Of a DNA stretch of 64,000 nucleotides, positions 28,412 through 39,063 are shown piece by piece. Position 1 is the first letter of the stretch; each line of letters starts with the position of its first letter. The notes under the pieces were generated by a model, which saw nothing but the letters and a program-made list of their open reading frames with translations, did no database searches and was not told where the DNA came from. The position numbers and the translations under genes were made by a program. Source of the stretch: a virus. The stretch lies in the IMG/VR virus record IMGVR_UViG_3300025137_000016; one strand, 5' to 3'.

Positions 28412-31400
28412 ATGACAATAAATTTCAATGTAAGTCCCTACTACGATGATTATGATGCTAGTAAAGATTTCTTGCGTGTACTATTTCGTCCTGGATATTC
28501 AGTACAAGCAAGAGAACTAACTCAGCTTCAAACAATCTTACAACAACAGACCACAAGATTTGGAAACCATATTTTCGATAATGGAAGTATGGTTATCCCT
28601 GGATCTGTAAATGTAAATAATGAAGTCAACTTTATGAAGTTGAATGACTTACAAGATGGGGATGCTGTCACAACCTATCTAACTCAATTTAAAGATAAGA
28701 TAATTACTGGACAAACTTCTGGAGCAAAAGCTCTAGTAGAAGATACATCAGAATGTGATTGTATGGTGGCTGGCGATAGTACGATACCATCGCTCCACTT
28801 TACTATGATAGATTCTGGTACATCTGGAACGACTAAGAAGTTTGTTGCTGGTGAAGAGATCGTTGCTACTGCAGTTGATAATACATCTGCTGCCAACTTC
28901 CGACTTACTGCAAACCAAGCAAGTGATATTAAAGTCACAATTAAATCGTTTGGTGATAATGGTAATGTTGGTACAACTTATACAGACAACGCATCAACTG
29001 ATGTACTTGGTAAATCATATAGAGTAGAAGTACGAGAAGGAATTTATTACATAGATGGATTCTTTGTACAAAATGCTGAGATCCATTTATACATATCAAG
29101 ATTTAATACTAAGCCATCTTACAGAGTAGGATTCCAAGTCACAGAAGATGTAGTGACACCAGAGGAAGATACAACTCTTAATGATAATGCACAGGGCACA
29201 AATAACTTTGCTGCTCCAGGTGCACATAGATATAAAATCTCACTAACACTAAAACGACTTGCACTAACTGGTACTGACTCAATTAAATTTGTTGAGCTTA
29301 TTAGAATTAAAGATGGTATCATTCAACAGAAAGTTGAAAAGGCAAGTTATGCTGAGTTAGAAAAAACTTTAGCACGAAGAACTTATGATGAGTCAGGTTC
29401 TTATGAAACAAATAAATTTAGATTATCAGTTAAAGAACATTTAGATGACGGAACTGGTGCTGGGGTTTATCAAGCAAGTCCTGGAACTACTGCTGCATCT
29501 TTTGATGTTCTACAAACTTATGGTGATGAAGATAAATTTGCTATTGTAGTAGATCCTGGAAAAGCATATGTTGAAGGATTCGAAGTTGAGTCAACTCAAA
29601 CTACTTACTACGAAGTTGCTAAGTCTAGACCAACTACTGTTAGTGGTGTAACAAATGAAAACAATTCAGTTGTAAGAGAACCAAGTCAACCTGTTGGAAC
29701 TTCAATAGGTAATTTCTTCATTGGAAGAAATGTCACAAATGCTCCAGCTGTCAACAGCTTTGAGAAAGTATTCTTATTCGATACTACTGGAGCTCCATGG
29801 TTGAGTTCAGGAGTATCAGCTTATTCTGCACCGACTGGTGCATTAACATCTTATTCAGGATTTGTTGGAACAGCAAATATTAGAAGTTTCCAATTACACA
29901 ATGGTTCATATTCTGCACCTACATTTAAAACAAGTCTATTCAATATTTCAATGAACGATGGTAAATCGTTTGCTCGTGATGTCACATGGGTTGCTAGTTC
30001 AAGCAATGGATTAATTACAGGTACTTCAGATTTTTATGCAGAAGTAGATCCTACTGCTGACAGTCAGCAAATTAATATAACAGGAACTATCTCTTTACCA
30101 GCTCAATCTGGTGGCACTGCTTCTACTATGACTGGTGTTGGTTCTTTCTTCCAAAACGAATTAAAAGTTGGAGATGCAATTGTACATAATGGATTATCAG
30201 TTGGATTCGTGACAGCTATCGCTAGTCAAGTATCTGCTACTGTACAAAGACCAAACAACTCTAACAATACAGCATTGACTGGAGTTTCTGCAACTCTAGG
30301 TCGTGCTCAACTTAAAGAGCCAAATTATAATTCACTATTATATCCATCAGGATTTAGTTTCACAAAATCATTAAAAGGTTTCGACTCTGGCAATGCTACT
30401 GATACATTAGAACAATCTATTCATACTGTAAGACGAGTAAATACAAACACTACCACAGGTGGTGGAGATTTCGTTATGACATTAAGTAATGTTAATGAAA
30501 CTTTCTTATCTGATACAGAATTATCTAACTACACATTAATTAGAAATGATACTGGAGCAGTAATTAATATATCTGCTTCTGATATTACTTTCGATGATGA
30601 TGCTAATAGAAAAGAAGTGACGATAGCTTCAGGTGTAAATGGTACATCTTGTACACTATTCACTTCAGTACTTCAAGTAAATGCTGCAGCAACTGAAAAA
30701 ACAAAAGTAAGATCTTCATCAGCTGAAGTATTTACTGGAAAAACAAATGTTGTAAAACCTGAAATAGAATTATCTTATGCTGATGGAATTGATATTACTT
30801 CAGTGACAATGGTTCCAGGAAACTTTACTGCTCACTCTGATGTGACTGCAGTAGATGTTACAGCAAACTACGAATTAGATTCAGGACAAAGATTAACTCA
30901 CTATCAAAAAGCAAGAATAAGATTAAAGGCTGGATCACCTGTTCCTACTGGAGCAATAAAAGTCACTTACAGATATTTTGCTTATACTGGTTCAGGAAAC
31001 TTCTTCTCAGTTGATTCTTACTCAGCAATCGACTATGCAGATATTCCAAGTTTCGAATACCAAGACGAATCAGGAAATACTACAACTATTGATTTACATG
31101 ATACTGTAGATTATCGTCCAGTTATTTCAGGCTCTAATACTTTTAATCCTGAGATACCAAAAATTGGAACAGACTTAACAACACCAGTATCTTTTTATGT
31201 TGGTCGTTGGGATAAAATTTCACTATCAAATAAAGGTGCTGTTCAAATAGTAGCAGGACAACCTGCTGAATTACCACAAGAGCCAGAAGATCCTAAACAA
31301 GGATTGGTACTTGCTACAATGAAAATTCCACCATACACTAAAAAAGTTGGGGATGTTGTAATATACCAAAGAGATAATAGAAGATATACTATGAGAGACA

Positions 31401-34400
31401 TTGGTGCTCTTGAAAGTAGAATTAAAAATTTAGAATACTATACTTCATTATCACTACTAGAAAAAGATACTAAGTCAACAGCAATTAAAGATGCTGCTAC
31501 TGGATTAGATAGATTTAAAAATGGATTTGTAGTTGATGACTTTACTGGTCATGGTGTGGGTAATGTTAAGTCAGAAGATTATAATGTTTCTATAGATAAG
31601 AAAAATAGAACACTACGACCTGCTCACTTTACAGATGTATTAACAGTTATAGAAAATATTTCAAACACTACTCAAAGAGCAACAAGAGGATATACTAAGA
31701 CTGGAGATTTGATTACTCTACCTTATACTGAAACAGCAATGGTAAGCAATCCAAATGCTACTAGATCTATTGATGTAAACCCATATAAGATTGGTGCTTA
31801 CAAAGTTGAAGTTCAATTATTCCCAGAGTCAAGTATCTGGAAAGATGTAGATAGACGACCAGACCTTACAATACAAGACGATGCTAATGCAGATGCAATT
31901 AGATTCTTAGCTGAACAAACTGGAGTCACTGGTACTGAATGGAATGAGTGGGCATCTAACTGGACAGGTTCTTCAAGTCAAGCTGGTGGAGCATTCGCTC
32001 GAACTACTAGAAGTGGAAATACACAAACCACTAATACTTTCCAATCTGTGACAACTACTGAAACAGGAAATAGAGTAAGAGGTGGAACAAGAACTTCTAT
32101 ATCAACATCAACTAACTCGCAAAACTATGGCGACAAAGTTGTTGACATGTCATACATACCTTACATAAAAGATGAGGTGGTAAACATTGATGCAAGAAAT
32201 GCTAAACCAAATTCTCAATACTTTGTATTCATTGATGGTGAACGAGTAGATAATACTTATGTAAAACCATCTGACATATTTAAAGTCACACAGGTTGCTA
32301 GTACAACTACACCTATTCTTGATCCAGAAAACTTATCAACTGGATTATTAGCAGACGATCCTGCTAGAGCTCACGATGGTAAAATTGTAAACGCATTTAA
32401 CTTCGGTGATGTAATTAAAAATACTGCTCACAGTGCAGCAAGAATTGATACGATTACTCATATTACTTCTTCGGATGGTGCAGCAAGTTTCAATTTAACT
32501 GTACAAGATGCTACTGGGTTAAATCCAGGACACCATGTTTTCTTATACAACTTAAATTCTACAAGAGGAACTAACGCAACTAACAATAGAGGAATTGAAA
32601 CAAATATTACTTCTACTATTACTACTCTTGGAAGCAACCACTCAAAACAATTAAATAGAAAATATTTTAAAATTACTGCAGTGTCTGGAACTACTATTAC
32701 TCTAGCAAGTGTAGATGGTTCAACTATTGGTCAGTTTGATTCTTATGCAAGAACTTCTGCTTATACTGGAACTGATGGTGGTAAATTGCAAAGACTAACT
32801 GCTTCGGGAGTTATATCTTATGCTGGTGTGAAGGATTCTACTACTGTACGAGATATCCATGTAACAAATATTAAAAATGGTTTCGCTGTTGGTGAGCAAG
32901 TCACAGGGACTGCTGACATTGGATTAGGTGCGAAGAATACTTTGACACTAACTTCTATCAACGGATCTACAGTAAGCACTACTGCTCCGACAATGAAGGC
33001 AACTGGAGGAACTATTACTTCTGATAAAGAAGGTGCATTAAATGCTGTTCTTTATATTCCTGCAGGTAGATATAGAACTGGAGAAAGAAGTATAAAATTA
33101 TCTGATAACATTTCTAATACTGATGCAGATTTCGATTCATTCGGTTCAACATTGTTTACTGCTAATGGTATGCAGTTAGAAAAAGAAAGAACTATTGTTT
33201 CTTCAAGGAATATAAGTTTCGTTGAAGATAGATTATTCCAATCACAACCTATTAGACGATCTTCTGTTTCTAACAGATTGATTGCTTCTACTACTATCAA
33301 CTTCCCACCACAAAGACGAGGTGGCGGAGGAGGTGGCGGAGGTGGTGCTGGTGGTCATGATCCACTCGCTCAAACTTTCGTTGTACAATCTGCTGGTGGA
33401 GCTTTCGTGACATCTGCTGACCTATACTTTAAACAAGCAGGTGAAAGACCAATCTATGTAGAAATTAGATCTACTGATAACGAAGTGCCTTCTACTAAAA
33501 TACTTCCATTCTCTCAGGTAATATTACAACCTGCAGATATTAATGTAAGTACCAATGGTGCTACTGCTACAAACTTTAAATTCAAAGCACCAATTTATCT
33601 ACAAGAAAATGAAAGTTATGCTCTAGTAGTTAAAGTTGATGAGCCAGGATGTGAAGCATATATTTCTGAATTAGGTGGAACTGATTTACTTACTGAAAAT
33701 ATTGTAGGGATTCAACCATTGACTGGTTCACTTTACTTATCTCAAAACTCTAGAGAGTTTGAAATAAATCCTCTACTAGATCTTAAATTTAATTTAAACC
33801 AAGCATCGTTTACAGAGAATGTAAATGGAGTGGTTCAATTAAAAGCAAACCCTGCTGAAACAAAACTACTTAATAAAGATCCTTTGAAATTTACTAGTGG
33901 TTCAGAACTAGTTAGAGTACACCAAAGAAATCATGGCTTCTCTGCAAATGATATAGTAATGATTACAGGAGTTGCTCCAGGATTATATGGAGCAAATTCA
34001 ACTACAGTAGGTGCTAGTGAAGATTTATTAAATGGTGCTCACACTGTACAATCAAATGGACTACAAAAAGATTCTTATGTAATTGATTTAGAAACTGTAG
34101 ATGCATCTAATAATGATATATTAGATGGAGCAACGTCTGACTTTATTACAGGCAACTATGGTGGCTCAACTATAATGGCTTCTAGACAACTTACTGCTGA
34201 TGCTTTATATATGAAGACTGAAGATTTAGATTTCGATGAAACCAAACTTGCTTACACTGTAAATTCTACAACTGCAGCAGGAACTGCAAGTGGAGACAAA
34301 CCTATTGTTCCAAACGCAACTTATGCTTTCGATGGAAGAAAAGTTGTTAAGTCTTTTGAGAACCAGACTACTGTCTCATCAAGTCCACTAATTAAAACTC

Positions 34401-35752
34401 CGACATTAACATTTAATGCTACGATGAGTACAAGCAATAAAAATATTTCACCAGTAATTGATTTACAAAAAGTTGGTGGGTATGCTGTATCTAATCTAGT
34501 TGATCAATCAAGTACTGCGATAAATGTTCCAGCGATTGACCAGAAAAAATTAGTTAATAGTGGAGATATTGGAGTAGCCTTATCTACAAGTTCAGGCACA
34601 GGAACTGTGACTACAACTTCTGGTAGTGCTACAGTGACTGGTACTTCTACCACATTCACATCACAAGTTTCAGTTGGAGATACTCTAACAACTTCTGCTG
34701 GTGCATTGGGTAGAGTTAAAACAATTGGAAGTAATACTAGTGTGACACTATGTGCTAATACAGCTCAAGTTTCTACTGGAGCAACTTTCCAAATTACTAG
34801 TGATCCAACAATTACTTTTAACCATGGGGCAAAAGGTATTGAGTCAAATGTAGATGCAATTGATAATCTACTTGACAATGTTATTGCTGGAAGTCAATTA
34901 TACTTAACAAATATTCACTCAGAATTAAATGGGGCTATTGATATTGAATCAGTTTCAACTACTTCTTCAACACTACCTTTCGGTGGCAATGAAGAATTAG
35001 ATAAAGTCACACTTAATAAAACTGCAAACTTCGCATTTAATGAAGCGAATGATATTAAACTTGATGTTGCTCAAAACTTTACAGAGCAGAAAGCATCATT
35101 TTCTATAACATCATTAACAAGTTCAATTAATGTGACAGCTTCAGGAAGTGTAGATGGAAAACTTGTAGCTGGTGACATACTAGTTATGGAAGATGCTGAT
35201 GGTGCAGGAACACTTGCTACTGTTGGTGGTGTACAAGTATTTAATAAAACAATTCTTGGTACAGTGGCTTCAGTAAGTGGTACAAATATTGCACTAGATG
35301 CTAATGCTACTGCTGCATTAACTGCTAAAAATATAATCATAAGAAAAGATATTTCTGCTGGTACTTGGAACTTCTCTACTATGGAAGAGTTTGTTTCTGA
35401 TACTGCTCCAGTTGGTGCTACTAATCTAGCGAACTATATAACTAGAACATTAGAATTAACTAATCCAGCTGACGCATTAAATATTACTTTTGATGCAAAT
35501 ATTCCTAAGTCAACTGATATTGATGTTTACTATAAAGCATTCTCTGGCGATACTAATCCTGATAAACTTAATTGGGTGGACAGTGCATTTACTGTAGCTT
35601 CAAAAGATTCAGGTGGAGTATTTAGAGAAAGAAACATTGTAGTAAATGATATTGCTGACTTTACGAAAGTGGTTGTTAAGATTGTAATGAAATCTACAGA
35701 TACCATTTATGTTCCTAAAGTTCAGTCATTCAGATTAATTGCACATAGTTAG
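28412..35752 (+). CDS. Very large baseplate-associated structural protein (DUF4815/VrlC-like, 2446 aa)
   Basis: NV.PYYDD, LFRPG..VQARELTQ.Q, APGAHR, RRYTMRDIG.LE.RI..LEYYT, FKNGF.VD.F, DPLAQTF. Confidence 0.88.
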   Translation: MTINFNVSPYYDDYDASKDFLRVLFRPGYSVQARELTQLQTILQQQTTRFGNHIFDNGSMVIPGSVNVNNEVNFMKLNDLQDGDAVTTYLTQFKDKIITGQTSGAKALVEDTSECDCMVAGDSTIPSLHFTMIDSGTSGTTKKFVAGEEIVATAVDNTSAANFRLTANQASDIKVTIKSFGDNGNVGTTYTDNASTDVLGKSYRVEVREGIYYIDGFFVQNAEIHLYISRFNTKPSYRVGFQVTEDVVTPEEDTTLNDNAQGTNNFAAPGAHRYKISLTLKRLALTGTDSIKFVELIRIKDGIIQQKVEKASYAELEKTLARRTYDESGSYETNKFRLSVKEHLDDGTGAGVYQASPGTTAASFDVLQTYGDEDKFAIVVDPGKAYVEGFEVESTQTTYYEVAKSRPTTVSGVTNENNSVVREPSQPVGTSIGNFFIGRNVTNAPAVNSFEKVFLFDTTGAPWLSSGVSAYSAPTGALTSYSGFVGTANIRSFQLHNGSYSAPTFKTSLFNISMNDGKSFARDVTWVASSSNGLITGTSDFYAEVDPTADSQQINITGTISLPAQSGGTASTMTGVGSFFQNELKVGDAIVHNGLSVGFVTAIASQVSATVQRPNNSNNTALTGVSATLGRAQLKEPNYNSLLYPSGFSFTKSLKGFDSGNATDTLEQSIHTVRRVNTNTTTGGGDFVMTLSNVNETFLSDTELSNYTLIRNDTGAVINISASDITFDDDANRKEVTIASGVNGTSCTLFTSVLQVNAAATEKTKVRSSSAEVFTGKTNVVKPEIELSYADGIDITSVTMVPGNFTAHSDVTAVDVTANYELDSGQRLTHYQKARIRLKAGSPVPTGAIKVTYRYFAYTGSGNFFSVDSYSAIDYADIPSFEYQDESGNTTTIDLHDTVDYRPVISGSNTFNPEIPKIGTDLTTPVSFYVGRWDKISLSNKGAVQIVAGQPAELPQEPEDPKQGLVLATMKIPPYTKKVGDVVIYQRDNRRYTMRDIGALESRIKNLEYYTSLSLLEKDTKSTAIKDAATGLDRFKNGFVVDDFTGHGVGNVKSEDYNVSIDKKNRTLRPAHFTDVLTVIENISNTTQRATRGYTKTGDLITLPYTETAMVSNPNATRSIDVNPYKIGAYKVEVQLFPESSIWKDVDRRPDLTIQDDANADAIRFLAEQTGVTGTEWNEWASNWTGSSSQAGGAFARTTRSGNTQTTNTFQSVTTTETGNRVRGGTRTSISTSTNSQNYGDKVVDMSYIPYIKDEVVNIDARNAKPNSQYFVFIDGERVDNTYVKPSDIFKVTQVASTTTPILDPENLSTGLLADDPARAHDGKIVNAFNFGDVIKNTAHSAARIDTITHITSSDGAASFNLTVQDATGLNPGHHVFLYNLNSTRGTNATNNRGIETNITSTITTLGSNHSKQLNRKYFKITAVSGTTITLASVDGSTIGQFDSYARTSAYTGTDGGKLQRLTASGVISYAGVKDSTTVRDIHVTNIKNGFAVGEQVTGTADIGLGAKNTLTLTSINGSTVSTTAPTMKATGGTITSDKEGALNAVLYIPAGRYRTGERSIKLSDNISNTDADFDSFGSTLFTANGMQLEKERTIVSSRNISFVEDRLFQSQPIRRSSVSNRLIASTTINFPPQRRGGGGGGGGGAGGHDPLAQTFVVQSAGGAFVTSADLYFKQAGERPIYVEIRSTDNEVPSTKILPFSQVILQPADINVSTNGATATNFKFKAPIYLQENESYALVVKVDEPGCEAYISELGGTDLLTENIVGIQPLTGSLYLSQNSREFEINPLLDLKFNLNQASFTENVNGVVQLKANPAETKLLNKDPLKFTSGSELVRVHQRNHGFSANDIVMITGVAPGLYGANSTTVGASEDLLNGAHTVQSNGLQKDSYVIDLETVDASNNDILDGATSDFITGNYGGSTIMASRQLTADALYMKTEDLDFDETKLAYTVNSTTAAGTASGDKPIVPNATYAFDGRKVVKSFENQTTVSSSPLIKTPTLTFNATMSTSNKNISPVIDLQKVGGYAVSNLVDQSSTAINVPAIDQKKLVNSGDIGVALSTSSGTGTVTTTSGSATVTGTSTTFTSQVSVGDTLTTSAGALGRVKTIGSNTSVTLCANTAQVSTGATFQITSDPTITFNHGAKGIESNVDAIDNLLDNVIAGSQLYLTNIHSELNGAIDIESVSTTSSTLPFGGNEELDKVTLNKTANFAFNEANDIKLDVAQNFTEQKASFSITSLTSSINVTASGSVDGKLVAGDILVMEDADGAGTLATVGGVQVFNKTILGTVASVSGTNIALDANATAALTAKNIIIRKDISAGTWNFSTMEEFVSDTAPVGATNLANYITRTLELTNPADALNITFDANIPKSTDIDVYYKAFSGDTNPDKLNWVDSAFTVASKDSGGVFRERNIVVNDIADFTKVVVKIVMKSTDTIYVPKVQSFRLIAHS

Positions 35753-35760
35753 AGGTAGAT

Positions 35761-35988
35761 ATGTTTGTAGGAACTAAAGTAGAAGGAGAGCCAGACTTAA
35801 TAAAAGATAATCATAGCAAAGCGATTATTAATACAAATCAAAATGCTTATGCTACTTATAAGTCTCATCAAAAAAGTAAAATAGAAGAGCTCGCAGAAAA
35901 AGAGTCCATGAAAAAAGATATAAATAGTTTAAAGGATGATATATCCGATATAAAAAATATGTTAAAAAAATTAACAGGAGATAACTAA
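35761..35988 (+). CDS. Hypothetical coiled-coil protein
   Basis: KVEG...L.KD..S.AIIN, DI..LK.DI..IK.ML; SD GAGG. Confidence 0.8.
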   Translation: MFVGTKVEGEPDLIKDNHSKAIINTNQNAYATYKSHQKSKIEELAEKESMKKDINSLKDDISDIKNMLKKLTGDN

Positions 35989-36197
35989 TGGCAAAAGAAG
36001 CTGCAGTTGTGGTGGTCAGTCAGTCTGAGACTTTTGACCAATGGAGAATTAAAACGAATTCAAATATAACAAAGGGAAATAACCAAGAAGACAAACTTGG
36101 TGACCTTGCTTTGTTAGAGAATGGTGAAGCTGATCTAACGACAGCTGTAAATAACGCAAGAGAATACTCAATAGCAATTAGTATTGCACTGGGCTAA
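35988..36197 (+). CDS. Small fibre adaptor (TFDQWR.KTN N-terminus, IAISIALG C-terminus)
   Basis: SD AGGAG; TAATG overlap; terminal motifs. Confidence 0.75.
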   Translation: MAKEAAVVVVSQSETFDQWRIKTNSNITKGNNQEDKLGDLALLENGEADLTTAVNNAREYSIAISIALG

Positions 36198-36219
36198 TCT
36201 TTAATAAAGGGAAAACTAA

Positions 36220-36543
36220 ATGTCAAATGATTTTAAAAACGGATTAGCAAAAGATGTTGGGACTGCTGCTACCACTATATATACTGCTCCCAGCTTAAAG
36301 AATAGTATCGTAATAGAGTGCGATATTGCTAATACAACTAATGGTACTGTCACAGCTGATGCATTTATTACATCAGGTGGTGTTGATTACTATATTGTTA
36401 AGAATGCTCCAGTCCCAAGTGGTGGTTCTTTACAAGTAGTATCAAATCAAAAAGTTATTTTAGAAGCAGGCGAAGCACTAAAGGTACAATCTAACACTAC
36501 CTCTTCAGTAGATGTTGTCGCATCTATTCTAGAAGATGTATAG
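36220..36543 (+). CDS. Small beta-rich virion protein
   Basis: M.N.FKN, T.IYT.P, IVK...VP.G.SL, K.ILE.G..L. Confidence 0.75.
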   Translation: MSNDFKNGLAKDVGTAATTIYTAPSLKNSIVIECDIANTTNGTVTADAFITSGGVDYYIVKNAPVPSGGSLQVVSNQKVILEAGEALKVQSNTTSSVDVVASILEDV

Positions 36544-36553
36544 GAAATAAAGT

Positions 36554-38800
36554 ATGTCATATATCGGCTCACAAACTATTAATGCATCCACTACACTCAG
36601 TCGTCCTAGAGATGAATTCGAATGTAATGGTTCTACCAAAGGTTTTAAACTTAGTCAACAAGTTCCAGGTGCATTTGAATCTAATGTTCAAGTTGTTCTT
36701 GGTAATGTTATACAAGAGCCAGTCAATTCTTATACTATTACTGATGTATACAGATTAACATATTCATCACTATCACTAACTGCTGGTGCAGCTAATCCTG
36801 CAAGGGGAGATTTATTAACACAGGGAGCAAATACATTTTTAGTTGTAGATGCTACCACTGGAATTTTAGATGTCATCCCAGCTTCAATTAATGGTGCTGC
36901 TCCAACAACTGGAAGTGGTTTAACATTAAATGTTCCAAGTATTGATTTTGGTATAGATACTCAAGTCAAGCATAATGAAACAAGTATCGACTACACTACT
37001 GGAACAATTACAGGTGTAACAATTACCACAAATGGTACAGCTGGTTATGCAACAACTGATACGATTGTTATCGGTGCTCCAAATATTTCAGGAAACACTC
37101 AAGCTGCAGCAACTGCTTCAATATCTTCTGCTGGTACAGTTCAAAGTTTCACAATAACAAATGCTGGTTCAGGTTATTCATCTGTTCCTGCTGTCACAAT
37201 TACTGATAGTGGTAGTGGTGCGAACGCAACTGGAACTGCTGTATTAAACTCTGATGGTGGAATCGCTTCTATCACTTTAAATTCTGCTGGTACAGGTTAT
37301 GACCAGACAACAACTACTGTAGCAATTGAAGCTGCACAAACAGGTGGTGTACAAGCTACTGCCACAATTACTTCAGTAGATGGCTCTGGTGCTGTGACTG
37401 GAGTTTCATTAACAAATGCTGGTTCAGGTTATACTGCTTCACCAACTATATCTGTCACAACAGGTGGTGCTGCTGGAACTGGAGGAACTGGTACAATAAC
37501 AATGGCTGGTAATACTGCAACTGTTGTTGGTACAGGAACTGCATTTAGTTCAGAAGTCACTCCAGGACAAGCAATATTTATAGGTACTAATGCAATCGGA
37601 TTTGTTCAATCAGTTGCAAGTAATACTTCACTGACATTAAAAACTGCTGTGACAAGTGTTATTAGTGCTACTGCATTTATAATAGCAAACAGAGCAGAAT
37701 TAGCAATAACTTTTGCAGGGGATGAAGCAACTCTTACTGTTGATAGTCTAGCAAAATTAGATAGTCAAGGATTATTATTTAATGGTGTTCCAAGACCTGC
37801 TGAAAATTTATACATAAACCATCTTGGTGGTTCTAGTTTCCAAAATATTCCTTCTGCTGGTTCAGTCACTGAATCATCATTAGCAACGAATTTAAAAACT
37901 TTCACTGTAGATAAATTTACTACAAGTGGTTCAAGTACAAGTACATTTACATTATCGAAATCTCCACCAAGTGGTACTTCGATTCTAGTAATTATTAATG
38001 GTTCAGTACAAACTGAGACAACGCATTATAGTGTAAATGCTACGACACTAACATTGGTCACTCCTTTATCTTCTGGTGTGACAGTCACTGTTCTTCACTT
38101 GGGTGTAAGTACTGTTTCTAGAAATGCTTTTGTAGATGGTACACTAACTGATTCAGCATTCGCTGGTTTAACATTAACAGGTTCTAAGATTGCTAACAAT
38201 ACTATCGATTCTACTAAGTTAGCATCAGGTGCTGTGACTAATCATTTAGGATATACTCCAGTTGCATCAAATGCAGGAACTGCTCAAAGCATTGACTCAG
38301 CATTATCAGTTGTAGGATTGGTAGATTTAACTGCTGCTACTTCTGGAAATATTAAATTTCCAGGAACTCAAAATGCTTCTTCTAATGCTCAAACTTTAGA
38401 TGATTATCAAGAAAGTACATTAGCAACTGTATTAGGTTTTGGTGGTGCTCAAGTTGGTATGAGTAGTGGAGGTGCTGCAGTGAATACTACATACTTCACT
38501 AAGATAGGAAATAATATTAATATCAATATTGAAATGACTATTACTGCAAAAGGTTCTTCAACTGGAAATGCTGGAATAGTAATACCAGTCGCAGCAAATG
38601 CATCAGGTGCAGCTATGATTCCATTCTGGTTTGAGAATATGACAGCAGGAATTACAAGTGTTATTGGTACGATTGCTGGTGGCTCATCTTCTTGCTTACT
38701 ATTTAAAAGAGATACTGATGGAGAATATACTGCAATGACACATGCGGACTTTACCAATACTTCTCATTTAATTGGGTCTGGTGTTTACAGAAGTGCTTAA
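36554..38800 (+). CDS. Tail fibre/appendage protein
   Basis: MSYIG N-terminus, F..NGS..F.LS domains, repeated NAGSGY..P.V.I modules; S/T/G/A-rich. Confidence 0.8.
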   Translation: MSYIGSQTINASTTLSRPRDEFECNGSTKGFKLSQQVPGAFESNVQVVLGNVIQEPVNSYTITDVYRLTYSSLSLTAGAANPARGDLLTQGANTFLVVDATTGILDVIPASINGAAPTTGSGLTLNVPSIDFGIDTQVKHNETSIDYTTGTITGVTITTNGTAGYATTDTIVIGAPNISGNTQAAATASISSAGTVQSFTITNAGSGYSSVPAVTITDSGSGANATGTAVLNSDGGIASITLNSAGTGYDQTTTTVAIEAAQTGGVQATATITSVDGSGAVTGVSLTNAGSGYTASPTISVTTGGAAGTGGTGTITMAGNTATVVGTGTAFSSEVTPGQAIFIGTNAIGFVQSVASNTSLTLKTAVTSVISATAFIIANRAELAITFAGDEATLTVDSLAKLDSQGLLFNGVPRPAENLYINHLGGSSFQNIPSAGSVTESSLATNLKTFTVDKFTTSGSSTSTFTLSKSPPSGTSILVIINGSVQTETTHYSVNATTLTLVTPLSSGVTVTVLHLGVSTVSRNAFVDGTLTDSAFAGLTLTGSKIANNTIDSTKLASGAVTNHLGYTPVASNAGTAQSIDSALSVVGLVDLTAATSGNIKFPGTQNASSNAQTLDDYQESTLATVLGFGGAQVGMSSGGAAVNTTYFTKIGNNININIEMTITAKGSSTGNAGIVIPVAANASGAAMIPFWFENMTAGITSVIGTIAGGSSSCLLFKRDTDGEYTAMTHADFTNTSHLIGSGVYRSA
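37155..37432 (+). repeat. 23-bp exact direct repeat within the fibre gene (37155-37177 and 37410-37432)
   Basis: TAACAAATGCTGGTTCAGGTTAT occurs twice and encodes TNAGSGY. Confidence 0.85.
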
Positions 38801-38802
38801 GA

Positions 38803-38811
38803 AACTAAATA
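38803..38811 (+). promoter_or_regulatory. Late promoter AACTAAATA
   Basis: Intergenic, upstream of SD GAGGA. Confidence 0.7.
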
Positions 38812-38829
38812 GGGTTAGAGGAAATTAAA

Positions 38830-39060
38830 ATGCCAATATCAAGAATAAAAGGAACTAGTATAGATTCAAATATTGAGCTACAAGGGGAGTCAATTAGATT
38901 CCCGATTGGCACAGAAGCGAATAGACCTTCGCCTGCCAAAAAAGGAGATTTGAGATACAATAGTGATGTTGATAAAACAGAGATATATAATGGAGATAGT
39001 TGGGACGTGTATAATTCACAAGCTGTATCAATTGCATTATCTGTCGCACTTGGTGGCTAA
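38830..39060 (+). CDS. Small fibre adaptor (P.GT..RP..G..RYN domain, IALSVALG C-terminus)
   Basis: SD GAGGA; motifs as given. Confidence 0.8.
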   Translation: MPISRIKGTSIDSNIELQGESIRFPIGTEANRPSPAKKGDLRYNSDVDKTEIYNGDSWDVYNSQAVSIALSVALGG

Positions 39061-39063
39061 TAC

